Virus record (IMG/VR): IMGVR_UViG_3300006149_000009
Strand: one strand, 5' to 3'
DNA: 64,000 bases
From: an uncultured virus (IMG/VR IMGVR_UViG_3300006149_000009)
Lineage: Duplodnaviria; Heunggongvirae; Uroviricota; Caudoviricetes
The notes under the pieces are model-generated. The model searched no databases. It was not told the DNA's origin and saw only the letters and a program-made list of their open reading frames with translations. How positions within the stretch are numbered: position 1 is the first letter of the stretch; each line of letters starts with the position of its first letter. Positions 61,751 through 64,000 of the stretch are shown piece after piece. The translations under genes were made by a program, and so were the position numbers.

Positions 61751-61956
61751 CTAAAAGCAACATTTTAAAGCTATAAAATCTTTTCCATAATATTATAATA
61801 TCACTAAGATGATAGTAAATCAACAGGCTTCTGGTTTTTATATTACTAACACAACATTCATAAAACTTAATATCTTTGTCTTCTTTTCTATTCCTTCAGA
61901 AACGCATATTACACCGAAAGCCGCTACACTCCTGCAGCGGCTTCCTATCTTTTCAT

Positions 61957-62121
61957 TTATTCATTACAGGCGCACTTCAATACCTCTTCTTTCAAGGCCT
62001 GTTCAAGCTTCTTTTTATTCGCCTCCATCAGTACCTTGATTATGTAATCAGCCGTGACTTCTGGCGTATTTGGATTATGAAAACGATAATTCAACTTTTT
62101 CTTTTTAGAAATAGCGGCCAC
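61957..62121 (-). CDS. Small basic protein, candidate recombination directionality factor (not in track)
   Basis: AAGGGAGG RBS; ...SKKKKLNYRFHNPNTPEVTADYIIKVLMEANKKKLEQAL...; followed by a hairpin; start may be GTG, ATT or TTG. Confidence 0.65.
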   Translation of the reverse strand: MAAISKKKKLNYRFHNPNTPEVTADYIIKVLMEANKKKLEQALKEEVLKCACNE

Positions 62122-62228
62122 CTCCCTTTTACTGCCCCTTTGCGTTTCTCTAACTTATGAAGCGAAATCCTGAAATAGTCCTAAAGTTCGTCCGAAAAGT
62201 GATTCAATTCATTTTACAGCCATGCTTG

Positions 62229-62777
62229 TCAGGAATGGACACTTTCCCACCTATTCCCGTCCTCCCATAATATAATCCTGCCAGCCTTTCTAGTCTTATC
62301 CATATTAATTATCCTCTGATTTGATGACCCCCGGAACTTCAACATAATATCCGCCAGCTCATCTATATATTTTCCTTCCACAAGCACGTCTATCATCCCC
62401 AGGAAGTCATCTGTAGTCCCGCATCGGCAGTGTTCTTTATCATCCAGCAACTTTTCAAGTGTATATCCTGTATAGCACCATACATCTTTATCCGGGTATG
62501 TACTCCTGATGCGGCGAAGCAGCCGCAGGAGCACGGGCTGGTTCTCTGGCTCCATTGGCTCTCCTCCCAGTAAAGTTATCCCTTGGATATATGGTCTGGA
62601 TAACAGTTCCATAATATGTTCTTGCGTTTCCTTCGTAAACAATGTCCCATACTGAAAATTCCATGTCTCCGGCTGAAAACAATTCTTACAATGATTCCTG
62701 CATCCTGATACAAAAAGTGATACCCGGATGCCCGCCCCATTTGCAATGTCAAGGTCTGCTATCTTCCCATAATACAA
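62229..62777 (-). CDS. nrdG: Anaerobic ribonucleotide reductase activating protein
   Basis: CRNHCKNC radical-SAM motif, LLGGEP, FRGSSNQR; TTG start right after nrdD stop. Confidence 0.93.
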   Translation of the reverse strand: MYYGKIADLDIANGAGIRVSLFVSGCRNHCKNCFQPETWNFQYGTLFTKETQEHIMELLSRPYIQGITLLGGEPMEPENQPVLLRLLRRIRSTYPDKDVWCYTGYTLEKLLDDKEHCRCGTTDDFLGMIDVLVEGKYIDELADIMLKFRGSSNQRIINMDKTRKAGRIILWEDGNRWESVHS

Positions 62778-62778
62778 T

Positions 62779-64000
62779 TTACTCACCGCCCCCAAGATGC
62801 ACGTAACGTTCTTTGATTTCCTGCGTCCTTCCCTGGTTCCAGTCATTCGTGCCGATATACCCGCAAGTCCTGCGTGCGATATTCATTTTACTTTTGTCTC
62901 TATTCCGGCAATAGGGACACTCCCATATAAGTTTCCCATCCTCATTCTCAACAATGGAAATCTCCCCGTCATACCCGCATACCTGGCAATAATCAGACTT
63001 TGTATTCAGTTCTGCATACATGATATGCTCATATATGTACTGCATAACCGCGAGTACAGCATCAACATTTCCATTCAAATTCGATGTTTCAATATAAGAG
63101 ATTGCTCCTCCAGGGCTTAACAACTGAAACTCTGCCTCAAATGCCAACTTTTCAAAAGCATTGATATGCTCCGCCACATGCACATGGTAAGAATTCGTGA
63201 TATATCCTTTATCCGTAATACCCTCAATTACCCCAAAACGTTTCTGCAGGCTCTTTGCAAACTTATATGTTGTGGACTCCAGCGGAGTCCCATACAGAGA
63301 ATAGTCGATATTCTCTGCCGCTTTCCATTCCCGGCATTTATCATTCATATACTGCATAACACGCAACGCAAACGGTTTTGCCTCTTCGTCCGTGTGACTC
63401 TTCCCGGTCATAGCCTTTACGCATTCGTACAGTCCGGCATATCCAAGAGAAATGGTAGAATATCCGCCGTAGAGCAGCCTGTCAATCGTCTCTCCCTTTT
63501 TCAGCCTTGCCAACGCACCATTCTGCCAATGGATTGGCGATGCATCTGATAACGTCCCAAGCAGCCTTTCATGCCTAAGGCGCAATGCCCTGTGGCACAG
63601 CTCCAGCCTTTCCTCAAAAATCCTCCAGAAAATTTCTTCCCTCGCATCCGCCCACTGTTCATCGTCCACATATGCACCCCCGTCTGTAGCCATCCTCTGT
63701 ATGGCAGACAGCGCTACATCCGGAAGGTTGATTGTTACAACGCCCTGATTAAAGCGGCCATAATATTTAGGTTTCCCATTTTCATCTACATACGGGGTCA
63801 GGAATGACCTGCATCCCATACAGGTATAACAATGCCCCTCACCATTCTTGTCAACTTTATTCTGGAGCATGATTTTCTCTGAAATGTAATCCGGCACTAG
63901 CCTCTTTGCAGAACACTTTGCACACAACTGGGTCAGATACCAATACTTGCTGTCCGGCGTAATATTATCTTCTTCCAAAACATAAATCAGCTTCGGAAAT
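62779..64000 (-). CDS. nrdD: Class III ribonucleotide reductase, 5' end outside the window
   Basis: MGCRSFL, GRFNQGVVTINL, CQVC...CPYC, RRTCGYIG. Confidence 0.95.
   Translation of the reverse strand, partial: FPKLIYVLEEDNITPDSKYWYLTQLCAKCSAKRLVPDYISEKIMLQNKVDKNGEGHCYTCMGCRSFLTPYVDENGKPKYYGRFNQGVVTINLPDVALSAIQRMATDGGAYVDDEQWADAREEIFWRIFEERLELCHRALRLRHERLLGTLSDASPIHWQNGALARLKKGETIDRLLYGGYSTISLGYAGLYECVKAMTGKSHTDEEAKPFALRVMQYMNDKCREWKAAENIDYSLYGTPLESTTYKFAKSLQKRFGVIEGITDKGYITNSYHVHVAEHINAFEKLAFEAEFQLLSPGGAISYIETSNLNGNVDAVLAVMQYIYEHIMYAELNTKSDYCQVCGYDGEISIVENEDGKLIWECPYCRNRDKSKMNIARRTCGYIGTNDWNQGRTQEIKERYVHLGGGE

Larger units (their letters stand above)
1..64000. mobile_element. Large SPbeta-like temperate phage, partial and probably in excised/attP configuration; phage assignment is firm for about 0.7-54.5 kb and inferred beyond
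   Basis: Continuous RNAP-terminase-portal-capsid-tail-lysin run on +, then convergent serine integrase and nrd genes on -, as in circularised SPbeta; attP-like site at 58236-58283. Confidence 0.75.

Noticed and set aside
1..64000. Arbitrium (AimR/AimP) system expected from SPbeta similarity
   Set aside because: No RRNPP-type receptor with adjacent secreted peptide seen here; may lie outside the window

Overview
The window looks like part of one large temperate siphophage of a low-GC Firmicutes host (Clostridia, probably Lachnospiraceae; inferred from gene content), with gene order resembling Bacillus phage SPbeta. From left to right: an SF2-like P-loop protein, a YonO-like single-subunit RNA polymerase (DFDGD), a metallophosphoesterase, HU, packaging, head and tail genes, a 2614-aa tape measure and a tail spike. 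A roughly 13-kb AT-rich accessory block (36.1-49.3 kb) splits the tail genes. Then come the lysis genes, toxin-antitoxin and nuclease genes, and a convergent arm with a large serine integrase, a candidate recombination directionality factor (RDF) and nrdG/nrdD. Main observations: (1) terminase and portal are each split by a short ORF-less group I intron; the two share a near-identical core and splicing restores both frames exactly; (2) a symmetric 48-bp attP-like site lies inside the 3' end of the integrase, suggesting the excised/circular form; (3) the accessory block holds candidate defence modules, including a nucleotidyl-cyclase-like operon, an ImmA/IrrE peptidase plus membrane protein with orphan paralogous 3' ends, and an Rpn gene with an internal start; (4) there are several TA loci, a frameshifted TnpB IS and two unexplained structured non-coding regions. 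All family calls come from motif recognition by eye; no searches were run.
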